Positions 44,911 to 60,689 of a stretch of DNA of 64,000 nucleotides are shown piece by piece (position 1 is the stretch's first letter; each line of letters starts with the position of its first letter). The notes below the pieces were generated by a model. That model was given only the letters and a program-made list of their open reading frames with translations. It was not told where the DNA came from and searched no databases. The position numbers and the translations under genes were made by a program. Location: the NCBI RefSeq assembly GCF_009914755.1, contig NC_060930.1; one strand, written 5' to 3'. This DNA is from the human T2T-CHM13v2.0 reference genome, Homo sapiens.

Positions 44911-45188
44911 AGGCCAGAAAGTAAATGAATTGATGGATTATTAGTTTCAGGTTCATTAGGCAAGATGATAAAGCCTGATGGAGGGAAACCACCATTGGTT
45001 CAGAGACTGGTGGCCTTGAAAATTTCATGAAGAATATGAGAAAGCCCAGGGGCATGAACGGAGTTGTGGGGAGGAGGTGCGAGTGTGTAGATGTGTGTTT
45101 AGGATGGGCTGTGCAGACGGGGAGAATTAGAGAGATAAAATATGTAAAACCATAAGTGTGTGTATATGTATACAGGTATATATATATA
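44911..45188 (+). repeat. Dispersed direct duplication, copy A (~278 bp)
   Basis: Ungapped match to 47523-47800 at offset 2612, about 13 mismatches. Confidence 0.95.
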
Positions 45189-45287
45189 TGTAGAGAGAGA
45201 GAGAGAAAGGAGGTAATAACGTGAATACTTAATGCCAAGTGAGGTGAACTATGATGGGGGTAAAGCTTCACAATTATATTATTTTAA

Positions 45288-45935
<648 letters not shown>

Positions 45936-46232
45936 TTTTTTTTTAAATTATAAAATGTATAAAATGAGAGCTTTTTCTCACAATTTACATTTTTTATCCC
46001 AAAAAGAAAATTGAAAGGCGTTGTGCCTTTTTTCTTGGAGCTGGTTAAAGAGAGGCATGCATAGTCCCCTCATTATATAATTTAGGAATGCAGAAAACAT
46101 TAGTATATTTCAGCAATTGACACTTGTTTGATTAAAATTAGTGGTCGTGTGTATCACAGAATATCAGAAAACATGTTAAGACACCAAAGAAGGCAACCAC
46201 CAGAAACCTTTCCTATTAATGACTCTGGTTAA

Positions 46233-46540
<308 letters not shown>

Positions 46541-47522
46541 GACTCTGGTGAATTTCTCGGATGTAAGTTGTTATGGTATGTGTGTAGGAGTGGGGAGTAT
46601 AGTTGCATACCCATGTGTTTGCTAGCTCTTGTATAGAATGTAAGAGGAAAGGACATATGTCAGAGCCCTTTGCTTTTATGTAAAAGCCAAGGGAGTTCAG
46701 GTAAATGGAGTCAAGGCAATAAAGGGAAACAGATTTCAAGGGAAAAAAATCAGGAAAATGAGGCATTAGGTATGTGATGAAGGAAAGAATTTTTAGGAAG
46801 AAAAAGTAACAGTTTTAAATGCTTCGAAGATAATTGAGTAAGAAAAGCATAAAATAGGTTTCCCTTGCTTTTGACAACATGGCCATCCATTGAACACCTT
46901 TCTAAAGTACTCAGCAGATTCATAGTGGCAAGAGGCACACTGAAGAGGTAATAAATGAATGATGAAGAAGAAGAGGGGACTATAGAAATATTCTGTCAAG
47001 TATCCTTGATGTGAAAGAGAATGAAGGACAGAGGAGGTTGTGGAGTTGCAAAGGTTTTCAAAGATAAGAGACATTTGAGTTGGTTTAGATGCTTGGGGGG
47101 AAAGGCAGGGAAGTTGAAGACCAAGTGGTGGTGGGCATGGTGTCTCTCTAGAAGTAAAAACATATGGGTCATTAAGCATAGGCAAAAACCTTATATTAGA
47201 AGATACATACTTTTAACTCACCAAATCAGAAAGAAGAAAGAATGAATAGCAGCAGTCAGCAGAAAGTGTTGGGAGAAATTTCTTATTTGATGATCTTGAT
47301 TTCTTCATTAAGATGTAAATCTGGGTTACCTGCTGAGGAAAGAAGCAAACATTTAGATTATGAGCCTCTCAGGGGAATAGGAGGGGATCACTGAGCCGTA
47401 ATCAGAATAAAGCGGCAATTCCATATGGAGTAAAATAAAGAATCAAACGTGTGGACTGATACTCTTGGAGCATTACAGGGAAAGTAGAATGGAAAGAGAA
47501 GATGGCAAGAAAATTGAAGAAA

Positions 47523-47800
47523 AGGTCAGAAAGTAAATGAATTGATGGATTATTAGTTTCAGGTTCATTAGGCAAGATGACAAAGCCTGATGGAGGGAAA
47601 CTACCATTGGTTCAGGGACTGGTGGCCTTGAAAATTTCATAGAGAATGTGAGAAAGCCCAGGGGCATGAACGGAGTTGTGGGGAGGAGGTGCGAGTGTGT
47701 AGACGTGTATTTAGGATGGACTGTGCAGACAGGGAGAATTAGAGAGATAAAATATGTAAAACCATAAGTGTGTGTATATGTATGCAGGTATATACATATA
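47523..47800 (+). repeat. Dispersed direct duplication, copy B
   Basis: Ungapped match to 44911-45188. Confidence 0.95.
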
Positions 47801-47960
47801 CTTATGTATTTATTAAATATTTAAATTAAACATGAAATATATGATATGTAATATAATATACTTATATAATATTAAATAAATTTATATAAATAATATACAC
47901 ATATAAGTATAAATATTATGTATATATAATAATATGTACCTATGTGTATATAATATTTAC
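47800..47960. repeat. AT-rich low-complexity tract
   Basis: Degenerate TA repeats. Confidence 0.75.
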
Positions 47961-48314
47961 ACTAGAAAGGCAAGAAATAAGAAAATGTATCCAATCATAA
48001 AAATGGGATGGAGGAATGATACAAAGATTGGGGTAGAAAATAATTTAGTTCTCCACTCAATTATTTTTATTCTTGGCTGGAAAAATGGATGAGATGCATT
48101 GTCAGATTGAGTCCAAAAGCTATTCTGTCTTTCACCCTCTTGAAAGTTCTACATTCAGAGTATCTTTTGTCTCGTGGAAGATAAATATATTCAGCCAATA
48201 CTATCCATGTTTTCACATTGAAACCAAAAATGAATCAATTATTTCAGTAAAGCAAGGTGTATATAAGTTATGATTTGTATTTCCCCATTTTTATTTACCT
48301 GTAGTGTTTTCTAA

Positions 48315-48683
<369 letters not shown>

Positions 48684-49926
48684 TGATTATTTTTAAATGA
48701 CCAGATTCATTCCACATTTCCAGATTATGCTTTGATACTAGAAATTTAGAAAGAATAAAACCCCACAAGAATAAAAATCTAGCAATCAACTGCATGAATA
48801 TATTTTAGTAAAAGTTGGAGCAACAGATGATAAAATTCCACAAATTCAGTGAACTCTGAGAATAAATATGGAAGGTCCGCAGTTAATTATCCTGCAAAGA
48901 AAACGAACCTTGAACTTTCTGTTAATAGACTTTGCTTCCCAATTAAAAGCTAGCAGTTTGAAAGGTTTACCTCATCAGCGATTCCCTATCCAGTTTTCAG
49001 ATGCAGTTAGCCCTTGGATTGACTTGCATATTTATCCCTGTTGAGGATGTTATACGTTTCTATCTCCTTTTAAATAAGGGAACTTTGCCAACAATTCGTC
49101 AGTATTTGCAAATTAATTATGATTAAACTTTCATAATAGGGATTATGGTTAATTGTTGATTCATCTCCCAGTCCTCCTTTTTGTGACTAATTCTCTTATC
49201 AGTTTGACCTGAGGTGGCAGATACCACAATTTCCTATTAGACAACTTCTCTCACAATTACCTAAGAGCCATGAATTTGATTTAGAAATGGGGTTGTATGT
49301 GTGTGTTTTTCTATCACATATTAAACGCACAATCTGTAAAAAAGATTCAGGAGGATGTTTGGGAAATGTTTTCTGTGATATTTATTTTTCTTCAGAAGAA
49401 GTGCCAACAATATTTCATTTATGGTTTTGATTCCCCATATGCCAATTTCAGCACCCTCTTATTTCACCAGGGTCATTTATTTGGTATTTAGTTATGCTTC
49501 TGATATTTGCTGTCATCATAAAGACCTGACATCTTCCCTAGCTTCAAAAGAACAATTTGACTAATGCTAACATTTAAATATATTCAGAAATTTTACTTTT
49601 CATTAATGAGACAGGAAGCCTCATCTCTATGGACTGCTAACATGATGATTTGGTGGAAAATAAAGTCCAGCCAGCTGTTAAGTTGAATTAAAAAATTTAC
49701 CAATAATAATGGAATATTTTTGCCCTGTCTTGTACAGTCATATTAAGATTTGCAATATGAATATCCATATCTGGAATAGGACTATAATACCATAAATAGC
49801 TTAAAACATAGTCTTCATGTTTTCAGTAAATGTTATGACAGTGTATTATATATTAATTATAAATTAATATGTAATACAAATCTTCACAAATCTGAAAATG
49901 CCAAATTTAGTGAATATTCAGCTTTT

Positions 49927-50217
<291 letters not shown>

Positions 50218-51867
50218 AATATTCAGCTTTTAATAAAATTTTTCTTTTAAAGATGATTTTACTTTCTATCAGATTCCTATTGCATTGAGGACTTAGTTTT
50301 GCTTTATTTTTATTGTTTTTTCAAATGTTTTACCAAGTACAACTTGTCTCTAAGATTCAAAACAGTGTACATTTTGAATAGATGTATCATTTATTTTATG
50401 TATATGCATAATAATGGTTAGAATGCTCACAGTTATACTGTTCATCAGTAACCCTGTGAATACAGGGTTCACATCCAAGATGTTCTCACTGGTCCGTGGC
50501 AAAGTAAGAAAATGAGAACAACTTTCCACATTTTTCATAAAAATAGAAAGGATACAATTTAAATAATTGTCCTCCATTTTGATATTATGGGTTTTAAAAA
50601 CTAATGATGGTTTTTAAATGCCCTTTGTTTCATGAAATAATAATGATGCTTTATTAAATGATAGAAATATATTGGAGGTTATTATTACTTGGAAAAACTA
50701 AGAGCTAGAACTCCTATATCAATTTCACAAATCGATCACACATTTATTTTTAATTTCATATTTTTTCTCTGAAAATTATGAATCTGGAAACCACTGCTGT
50801 GAGCGGAATTTTGTTATTCCTAGATCAGAGATGACACATAATGTTGAATGATTTGTCTGTGGTCAGTTACGTACTAAGTGGTGGAGCCAGGAGGAATATC
50901 AGCTACCCGTGTGCCAGCACCTCATGGTCCCCCTCTCATCACCATTATTATTAGAATACATGGCTAGATTGCAATATTAGGTAGGCAAATTGAGAGTCCA
51001 TGTTTGTTCCTCATAGCAATGTGATTTGTTCATTATGTGAGGTATTCCTTCAAATTTAAAAAGGATTGTGTTCTAATCTAAAAGGTCATTCATAAGCCAC
51101 TCATTCGAAACATCTTCCCAGATACTTAGTTTTATGAAATTCTCAAGACTGACACCCCAAAGCATCCTTAATCTATAATAAACACAGGAGTACAGGGAAG
51201 CTCACCTCCACTTTGTTTACATTTCTATGGGCAAATGTGCCGACTTTCTAGTGAGATGTGAGGAATTTAAGTGCCCTTACTGCAGCCTTGGGAATAGAAA
51301 CAGGATCATCAACAGCCTCCACTCCTGCCATCCTCACCCATGCATGAGCAAGGCCTGTTTAGAGAGGGAGAAAGAAAAAGACCTTATATTACTTGGAAAA
51401 TGAGAAGCAAAGATTTTAGACAAGAACCAATGACTGGGAACCAAAATGCAATGAGGGCTTGGCAGCCCAGGAGTAGTGGCTGCTGTTGTGAGACACATGG
51501 AGCTAAAATGGGAGAGATGAGAAACTGTGAGCTTTGAGGATTGTAAGAAGGAAGGGAGCTGCAACAAAGGTCACAGGTCTGTGGGGTTGCCACGCCTCCT
51601 ATTTTCTATCTCTAATCTCCCTTTTGATTTTCACAATTGGTCCTGTTCTTATATGTCTGGGTGAAAGTAAGGGAAGATCTGTGGTTTTTGGTAGGATAGA
51701 GTTTCATGTGCCATCATCTCCTTCCTTGCCATTATTGTAAAGATTCCTCCACTAGAGTTAGTGATGATGGCAACAGACAAATGCCGGATGAGAGGTTTGG
51801 GTTATCTCTCATATTATTAAATAGTGATAGAAAATTGGCAAGTTAAAGACTGGCCGCAAAAAGCTTC

Positions 51868-52429
51868 TGTAAGGGCCAAGGGAAAACTTCTCTTTTGCCC
51901 TCTGAAGGTTTGCTGAAAAATCAACTGAAAAAAGTTAGCTTGGTAGGTGAAAGGCATACAAAATGTATTTTAACATGCATAGCATGGAAGAATCACAGGA
52001 GGATGATTACCCAATAACCCAATAGGAGCATAGATGTAGATATACCCTTCTTCACGGGGGAGGGAAGATGGGGAAAATATGGCAATTTGGAAAATAGTAA
52101 ATGATTTTTTAGGGGAATTCAAGAACCTACAATGGCCTGGGACAAAGTCTGTTGGGCCCACAGAGCAGATAGTGGTTTGTAACAAAAGTCTGTTCAGGTG
52201 TGCCGACAGACTTCAGTCTCTCTTCATGTGAAATGAGTTAAATTAATGAAAACTTAAGCAAGAGGGCCAGAGGAAACTTTTCCTCCTGGTGGGATCAGAC
52301 TGTAAGTAGATACGGGAGTATCAGAGTAAAACTTATTTCAGCATTTGCTGGTCTCCAAGAGCCTTTAATTTAAAATAATCAGCATACCAGCATGCTATAT
52401 TTTCGGGTATTGGTTTCTGAGCCTCAATA
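51868..52429 (-). mobile_element. ERV1-class solo LTR, MER39B-like
   Basis: tgtaagggccaagggaaaacttctcttttgccctctgaagg...atattttcgggtattggtttctgagcctcaata. Same family features as 13472-14117. Confidence 0.7.
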
Positions 52430-52968
52430 TCTCATAGAATGAATTTAACAGCATTTTATGTTAAAACCAGATATATATTGGACTCCCTACGTCTTAATAA
52501 TAATGAATGTGTCAGAAGGGCAAGTGTTCAAGTGTATTTCAACCACAAGTCAGGATTTTATGTTTCTGTTAACAAGGTTGATGGCATACTAGAGCTGTCT
52601 CAATAGTTAGTTGTTGCTTTTTTGAATGATTGACAAGTCAATTAGATTTTAACATTATATCTTTACACTTAATTTCTGTAGTTACCTTTAAAATTGCCCA
52701 TTTTGGTTAATGGCCAGAGTGCTGACCAGCTCATTCCCCTGCAGCCTAAGCATTTAAACATTTCCTGCTACCTTGTATGGTGCTATGAGACAGCTGTCAT
52801 TGAAGAAATTCTGTTGAGAATCTGAATTACTCTCCTTCTGTATTATTTTAATGTTTGATATTCACATGATGGTTGTTTTAACCATTTTTTTTTACTTTAA
52901 AGAAAAAGCTATAAACTAGTTATATGATCTTTTCTTCTTCCTTTCATATGATGCTGCTAACTCAATAG

Positions 52969-53081
52969 AGAGACACCCGATTACAAATGCTATTGATGGA
53001 AAGAACACTTGGTGGCAGAGTCCCAGTATTAAGAATGGAATCGAATACCATTATGTGACAATTACACTGGATTTACAGCAG
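52969..53081 (+). CDS. LAMA2: Laminin subunit alpha-2, coding exon 3 (LN domain, about residues Q95-Q132); absent from the ORF track
   Basis: Encodes (Q)RHPITNAIDGKNTWWQSPSIKNGIEYHYVTITLDLQQ, containing the laminin LN motif WWQSP. Acceptor ctcaatag| and donor CAG|gtatag. The final C of exon 2 plus AG gives CAG (Gln), keeping the frame. 113 nt, phase 1-0. Confidence 0.97.
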
Positions 53082-55394
53082 GTATAGTTCCTCTTTTTTT
53101 GTCATTTCCACTTTTGAAATTGCATTTTACATTTGCTATTTGTTTAGTTAGTGGTTTGTGGGTGAAAGGATACTCTTTCTTATCACTCTCCATTGTTTTC
53201 TTGATAAGATGAACAAAGGGTCCTATTCATATAGCGTATTGTTATTTACGAGTATTCAGCATTTAATTATAAAGCACAATTCAAATGGAAGCACGTGAAG
53301 AGCTTAGAAATGAATTAGGTGCTAACTCTGTTTTAGCTAGCTGGACTTAATGATGAAAATATGGATCAATAAAATTTTACATAACAAAAATATAATAGTA
53401 TCATTTTTAACTTTTAAAATAATACATTGCTCCCACTGTGCTGATGGTGTGTGCACTTAAAGGTTCTTGGATAACAAGGCTCTTGAGCAAATTGCCTCTC
53501 ATTACTGAGAGCTGAGAAAGTTTTGACAGTTGCTTTCAAGTTAAACTTGGGTGACTAAATGAAGTAACAAGCTTTGTAGTTATACAAAATTGATGCCGGA
53601 AGTTGTTCAAGTTTGTCTTGCATAGGCCTGGGTGCCTTCTATGCTTAATCTCTTTCTTCCTTCTCTTCACAATATTCAGGTCAGGCTGAAGTTATTAATC
53701 AGGAATCGCCAGCACCTCAAATTATTTAGGCTTGCAATTAGGATGGAAAGTGGACAAATGCCACATTCCATCCTATTTGTATGCCTAAATAATGTGCAGG
53801 GGTGATGGTCAGGATAGTTAATGACAGACACCATACACTGTAAAGGTCATGGTTTTTATAAGTTATCACTGTGTGGGGAAGCCCCCAGCCAGTGGGCCAG
53901 ATCAGCACAAGACATTTTCCTAATGGATGCCATTTGCCACCAGCATGAGTACAATCTCCCTCCTCCAGTGTCTAGGTTCATTTTGGTGAGGGCTGCATAT
54001 ATTCAAGAGCCACAGAAAGCTGGCTGGAGCAAACAAGCTGGTGGATTGCACGGTAGACCTGCCTTCCACCCATATGGGCCTCCTCGGGATATGAGGAACT
54101 GGTGGCGGCAGGGGCTCAGTGCTGCAGCTTATATCACCAAATGGCATGGACTTATTTCTACCCTCACTAATATACAGCAGCTGAATGTCAGTCCTGAGTT
54201 AATAATATTTCTCAGGAAGTCTCAGAGCACTATCAGAGAATGGCAGGGCAAGCTACCACACTGATCAATCATGCTTTAGGAAAATTAATCCTGTGCATGA
54301 ATCCCCTGGGGATCTTAGCCTCAAAATGGACTGCATACCACTCCTGATAAAGACAACTTTGTCCTTTATTGGTCACAAGAGTTCTCCCCCTTCATGTGAT
54401 CATTGAAAGTCTAGTCTCCCAATCAAGAGTGAGTCTGCTGTGCATTGACTCAGGTCATCTCCAGGGACAGGCAATCAATAAATAATGATGCTTTATTGTT
54501 CTGGTTTATTCTCCATTTATTCTTTTAGATTGCACATAGAACAATGGGGTCAATTATTAATATAATTTGCACAAATCACTTATAGTACTCTTTGAGCTGA
54601 ACAGCAATATTATTTACCTGTTATCAAACATGGCAGCAATTTTCCCCTCCTAATTTACAACTGGATGGCGCAACCACAAGTTTTTACTAAATCATTTCTA
54701 ACTTGCCTGTTTTTATCAATTCAGCAAGTCAAAGAGTTTACCTGAAAGCCTATTTTTCAGTGATGTCATTGATATTTTCCTAAATTTACTTTGCATACTC
54801 ACTCATCCATTCCCACACAGTATCTTAAGAATTATGTGGATTTGTCGTTCTGTTTTCTCTTCCTCCCATTTAGTTTAATGGAGGTAAGATGAGTGAATAT
54901 GCCAAGACATATTTTATGCTTCATTCATCATAACAAAGTGCCAGAATTCTGTATATAACCCAGGTCTACCTGACTCCAAAGTCTGAAATTCACCAAGTGG
55001 AATTGGTACAGAGCATATGTGTTCAAATTGTCCCATATTCCAGGATGGTGTCCATCCATATCCTTATTTATTCCAGCTTTCTATTTCCTGAAAATCAACC
55101 TACTGTGTGTGTAGAAGAAGGGGAATTCAAGTAATCTCTAAAAATGTAATAAATCCTTATTTCTACTTGACTCAAGATTTTAATTTAGTCAGTTATTTAG
55201 TGATGTGAAAAGTTAAACAGGTTTTGTAATCAAGTTTCGTGATGGAACTTCTCAGACAAGAAAGAGCTTCAGACTTCCAATTTGGCCTCAGGCTTTGGAA
55301 TAACAAACTGTGAGACATGTTTATAATACTTATTCAGCTATGGATGGTATATTGTACTGCACTGGCAACAGAGAAAATGTGGACATTCTTATTA

Positions 55395-55565
55395 TGTAAC
55401 TCCTCACAATAATCCTGAATAAACCAGCTAATATTAATATTCCTATTGCATAGTTGAAGAACACTGTGCTTTAGAAAAGTTCAGTGACTTGGCCTTCTTT
55501 CTAAAGCTTATTATGGGCAGGGCTGGGGCAACATGAATAGTCTGAATCCAGACCCAAATACACTA
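55395..55565 (-). mobile_element. MIR fragment
   Basis: tcctcacaataatcctg...tattcctattgcatagttgaagaacactgtgctttagaaaagttcagtgacttggcc. Confidence 0.6.
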
Positions 55566-58500
55566 TCTTTTCTAATGGGTATCTGAAGACATAATCCTAG
55601 GGAGCTCAGGATAATTTTTATTATATATTTTCAAGGGCTCCAAATGTAGTTCAGGTTCAAGAAATATTGCACTATCTTCTCCTGGCTTCTATGGGATAAT
55701 ATAGCCAACAACCTGTTTCGTTATAAAGCAGGGGACTAGAACCCTCATTTTCTAGTATACTCTAGTGTGCCTCTAAAATGGCAAAGCTTCTGTCTTTTCT
55801 ACCTACCGCATGAAGGATTAATAGGTTATTCAAAATAAGATGAGCTATTATCCAACTGGGATTAAAAGGCAGTAAAATTATAATGAATAGGTAAATATCA
55901 CTAAATGTTTGTTTGTCATTTATTCAGCAAGAGACTTGACCATTTATTAGTTCTTCTTTTGTATAAATTTCAACAAGTGCCAGTATTGTTGTTGATAAAT
56001 GCTTGGCTCCTCTGTGACACATTTTCATAAATTAGTATCTTAAACATAACAGAAACGATTGCATTTATTTGATTAAATCACTATAGATTACAGTGGGTTT
56101 TTTTTTTTTTTTTTTTACATTTTAACATTCAAGATAAGCACTAGAAAAAATACCAATTTGTTTGGAAGAAAGTAGCTACTTATTTTATAAGTAGATTGTT
56201 CTTAGATACGTATTACTAAGGGATTATTAACTTTTCTCATTCTATTTACTCATAGCATATTTTGAGCAAGTGATTTAATCATGCTGTGCCTCAACTTCTA
56301 GATTAGCAGACTAAATATTACAATATCTTGGCAAGAAAATTAAAGTAATGATAATGGCAATATAGCAACTAAATTCCATCTCACAATTACAGCTATTAAA
56401 AGGATCCAGAGTCAGCATGAACTTAAAGAAAAGCTTAACTGTTCCAGTGACGTGTATATAAAAACTCAATATAATTGCGAACAAAAATATACAACAATTT
56501 AAAGGAGACAGTAATAGGGACTCAAACGTTAATAAGATGTCTAAAACATTCTATTTTAGTCTTTTTCCTACCAGATTTCACCAGAATATGTCATTATGTC
56601 TGATTTTATTTATTTCTTTTAAAATCTAGCCATTATCTCCGTCATGCCCTTTGATTTGTTTCAGAAGAAAGCTGATTGGCAGGCGGGGTAAAACAGAGGG
56701 GGGCAGCTTTTCAGTAGACTTTTCAAACACATATTGAGGTGATACTCACTCCTGGCTAATCCAGGAATGCCATTAATTAGTTAAGCTCATGTCTTAACTA
56801 GGAGTCTTCTCCTCAATAAGCAATTCACTTCTCTTCCTGGTCTATCCCTCAAAACTAAGAATGCGTTTACCAAACAAGATTATCTTACAGCTACAGAGAT
56901 CACACTCCACATATTCTTAACCTAAATATTTTATTCACTGATCTTGCAGAGAAAAATTTGTTTGGACAAGTTAACAGTTTTAACTGGAATTTATGTTTTA
57001 GGAGGAGGATAAACTACTATTTCTATGCAAATATTACTATACTTTTAGAATCCATGTGAATAGTATAAAATGATTTTTCTCTAAAGCCTAGAATCATTAA
57101 TGTAATGGTTAAACATTTCTGCAATAATAAAACATAAAATACGTGGAAATACTTTATATATTCAAGTTTTAACAATCATTTAAACATATTAAAGGTGATC
57201 CAATTTTCAGTCTTGAAGGAAGGTCATTATTCTTTCATGTCAATTCTTTCCTCATGCTCTTCTTACTGATTCCTGATTACTGATTAAAGGATGTGTTGTA
57301 CAAGGAGGGAATTTTGGAAAATTCACAAATACATGGAAATTAAACAACATACTCCCAAACAACCAATGGATAAAGAAAAAATTAAAAGAGAAATTTAAAA
57401 ATAACTTGAGACAAATGAGAATGGACACACTAACACTGATAAGAAGAAGCAAAAGCAGTTCTAAGAAGAAAGGCTATAGTAATAAATACCTACGTCAAAA
57501 AGAAGAAAGATCTAAAATTAACAACCTAAGGTTACATTTCAAGAAAGCAAAAAAAAAAAAAATGAAGAAAAGATAAAAGAAAGAACAAACTAGGCCTAGA
57601 AGTAGCAGAAAGAAGGAAATAATAAAGGTCTGGGTAGAAATAAATGAAATAGAGACTAGGGAAACAATGGAAGAGATTAGCAAAACTGTCACTTGGGTTT
57701 TGGAAAATATAAGCTAAATTGACAAAAGTTTAGCTAAACTTTCTAAGAAAAAAGATCAGAATTGAAAGAGGAGACATTACTACTGATACTTCAGAAATAC
57801 AAAGGATCATAAGTGACTACTCTCAACAATTATATGCCAACAAACTGGATAACCTAGAAAAAATGGAAAAATTCCTAGACCTACTAACACTGAATCATGA
57901 AGAAATAGATAACATGAGCAGATCAATGAAGAGTAAGGAGATTGAATCAGGAATAAGAAATACCCTATCAAAGAAAAGCCCAGAACCTGATGGTTTTACT
58001 GCTGAATTCTACCAAACATTTAAGGAACTAATACCAATCCTTCTCAAAATCCTCCAAATAACTGAAGATGAGGGAGTACTTCCAAACTTATTTTATGAGG
58101 CCAGCCATTAGCCTGATACCAAAGCCAAAGGCACTGCAAGAAAAGTACATTACAGATCAATATTTTTGATGAACATAGATGCAAAACTCCTCAAGAAAAT
58201 ACTAACAAACCAAATTCAGCAGCACATTAAAAGGATCATTCACTGTGATCAAGTGGGATCACTACCAGGGATGCCATGGTTTAACCTTTGCAAATCTATA
58301 AATGTGATACCTTACATTAGTAGAATGAAGGACAAAAATCATATGATCATCTCAATAGATGCAGAAAAAGCATTTGACAAAATTCAACATTGTTTAATGA
58401 TAAAAGCTGTCAACAAATTAGCTATAGAAGGAATGTACGTCAACATAATAAAGACTGTATATGACACATCCTCAGCTAACATCATACTCAATAGTGAAAA

Positions 58501-58888
58501 GCTGAAAGGTTTTTCTCTAAGATCAGGAATAAGACAAGGATACCCACTTGCACCACTTCTATTTGGCATAATACTGGAAGACCTAGCCAGAGAAATCAGG
58601 CAAAAAAAGAAATAAAATTGTCATCAAAATTGAAAAAGAAAAAGGTAAAGTGTCTCTTTTTGCAGATGACATAATCTTACATATAGAAAACCCTGACTCC
58701 ACCAAAATAACTGTTAGAACTAATAAACAAATTCTGTAAATTAGCAGGATACAAAATCAATATACTAAAATTAGCAACATTTCCATAAACTAACGAGGAA
58801 CTATCTTTAAAAAAATCAATAAAATAATCCCATTCACCATAGCTAAAAGAAAAATAAAAAATTTGGTAATAAATTTAACCAAGAGGAT

Positions 58889-59589
<701 letters not shown>

Positions 59590-60689
59590 GAGATGAAAGA
59601 CTGGTACACTGAAAACTGTAAAACAGTGATGAAATAAATTGAAGACACAAATAAATGGGAAAACATCCTGTGTTTTGTGGAATAACTAATATTATTAAAA
59701 TGTCCATACTACTCAATGTGATCCACAGATTCAGTGCAATTCTTGTCAAAATTCCAATGACGTTTTTCACAGAAATAAAAATAAATCCTAAATATTTTAT
59801 GGAACCACAAAAGGTGCTGAATAGCTAAAGCAATCTTGAGCAAAAAGAACAAAGCTGGAAGCATCACACTATCTGACTTTAAAATATACTACAAAGCTGT
59901 AGTAATCAAAACAGTATGCTGCTAACTTAAAAACAGATACGTAGACCAACAGAATAGAATAGGAGCCCAGAAATAAATCTAAGCATTTATGGTCAATTGA
60001 TTTTTGACAAAGATGCCAAGAACACACAATGGGATTGAACTGTCTGTCCAGTGAAGGGTGTTTGGAGCAGTAGATGTCCACATGCAGAAGAATGAGTATA
60101 GACCCTTATCTCACGCCATATAAAAAATCCATTCAAATTCTAAATGAATTAAAGACTGAAACTGTAAAACTACTGAAAGAAAACACAGGGGAAAAGTTCC
60201 ATGACATTGGTCTGGGCAATGATTTTTTAAAGATATAAACCCCAAAGCACAGGAAACACAATAAAACATAGACAAATGAGATTACATTAAACTGAAACAC
60301 ATCTGGATAACCAGGGAAACAATCAACATGGCTGCTCTTCAAATCACTGAATTTATTTTGTTGGTACTATTTGGGTCACTGCTAAATTGGTGAATACCAA
60401 ACTAACACAGAAGAGATTATAATATACATGTTCCAAATGTAGATTATACCTTACCTGAGTATACCTTGTTTAAGTACAACAGAATATAGTTAAAATCACA
60501 GTTCTTTACCTGCTTTAGTTGTATATAGATTTTTAAGATCATTTGTTCAGTATCACAAGTAGAATCTGTGGTTAATTAGAAAATATATTTTCCCTTTAAA
60601 AGAATTTGTGCTGACTTTTAAAATTATTAATAAAGGTGACAGCTAGCTTTGGTGTCTATATTGAAGAAAATGTTCATCCTAATTGGTTT

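Noticed and set aside
57863-58615. Reverse-transcriptase-like ORFs as an active or novel RT system
   Set aside because: Ordinary degenerate L1 ORF2 with stops and frameshifts, no 5' UTR or ORF1, and interrupted by THE1 and an Alu.
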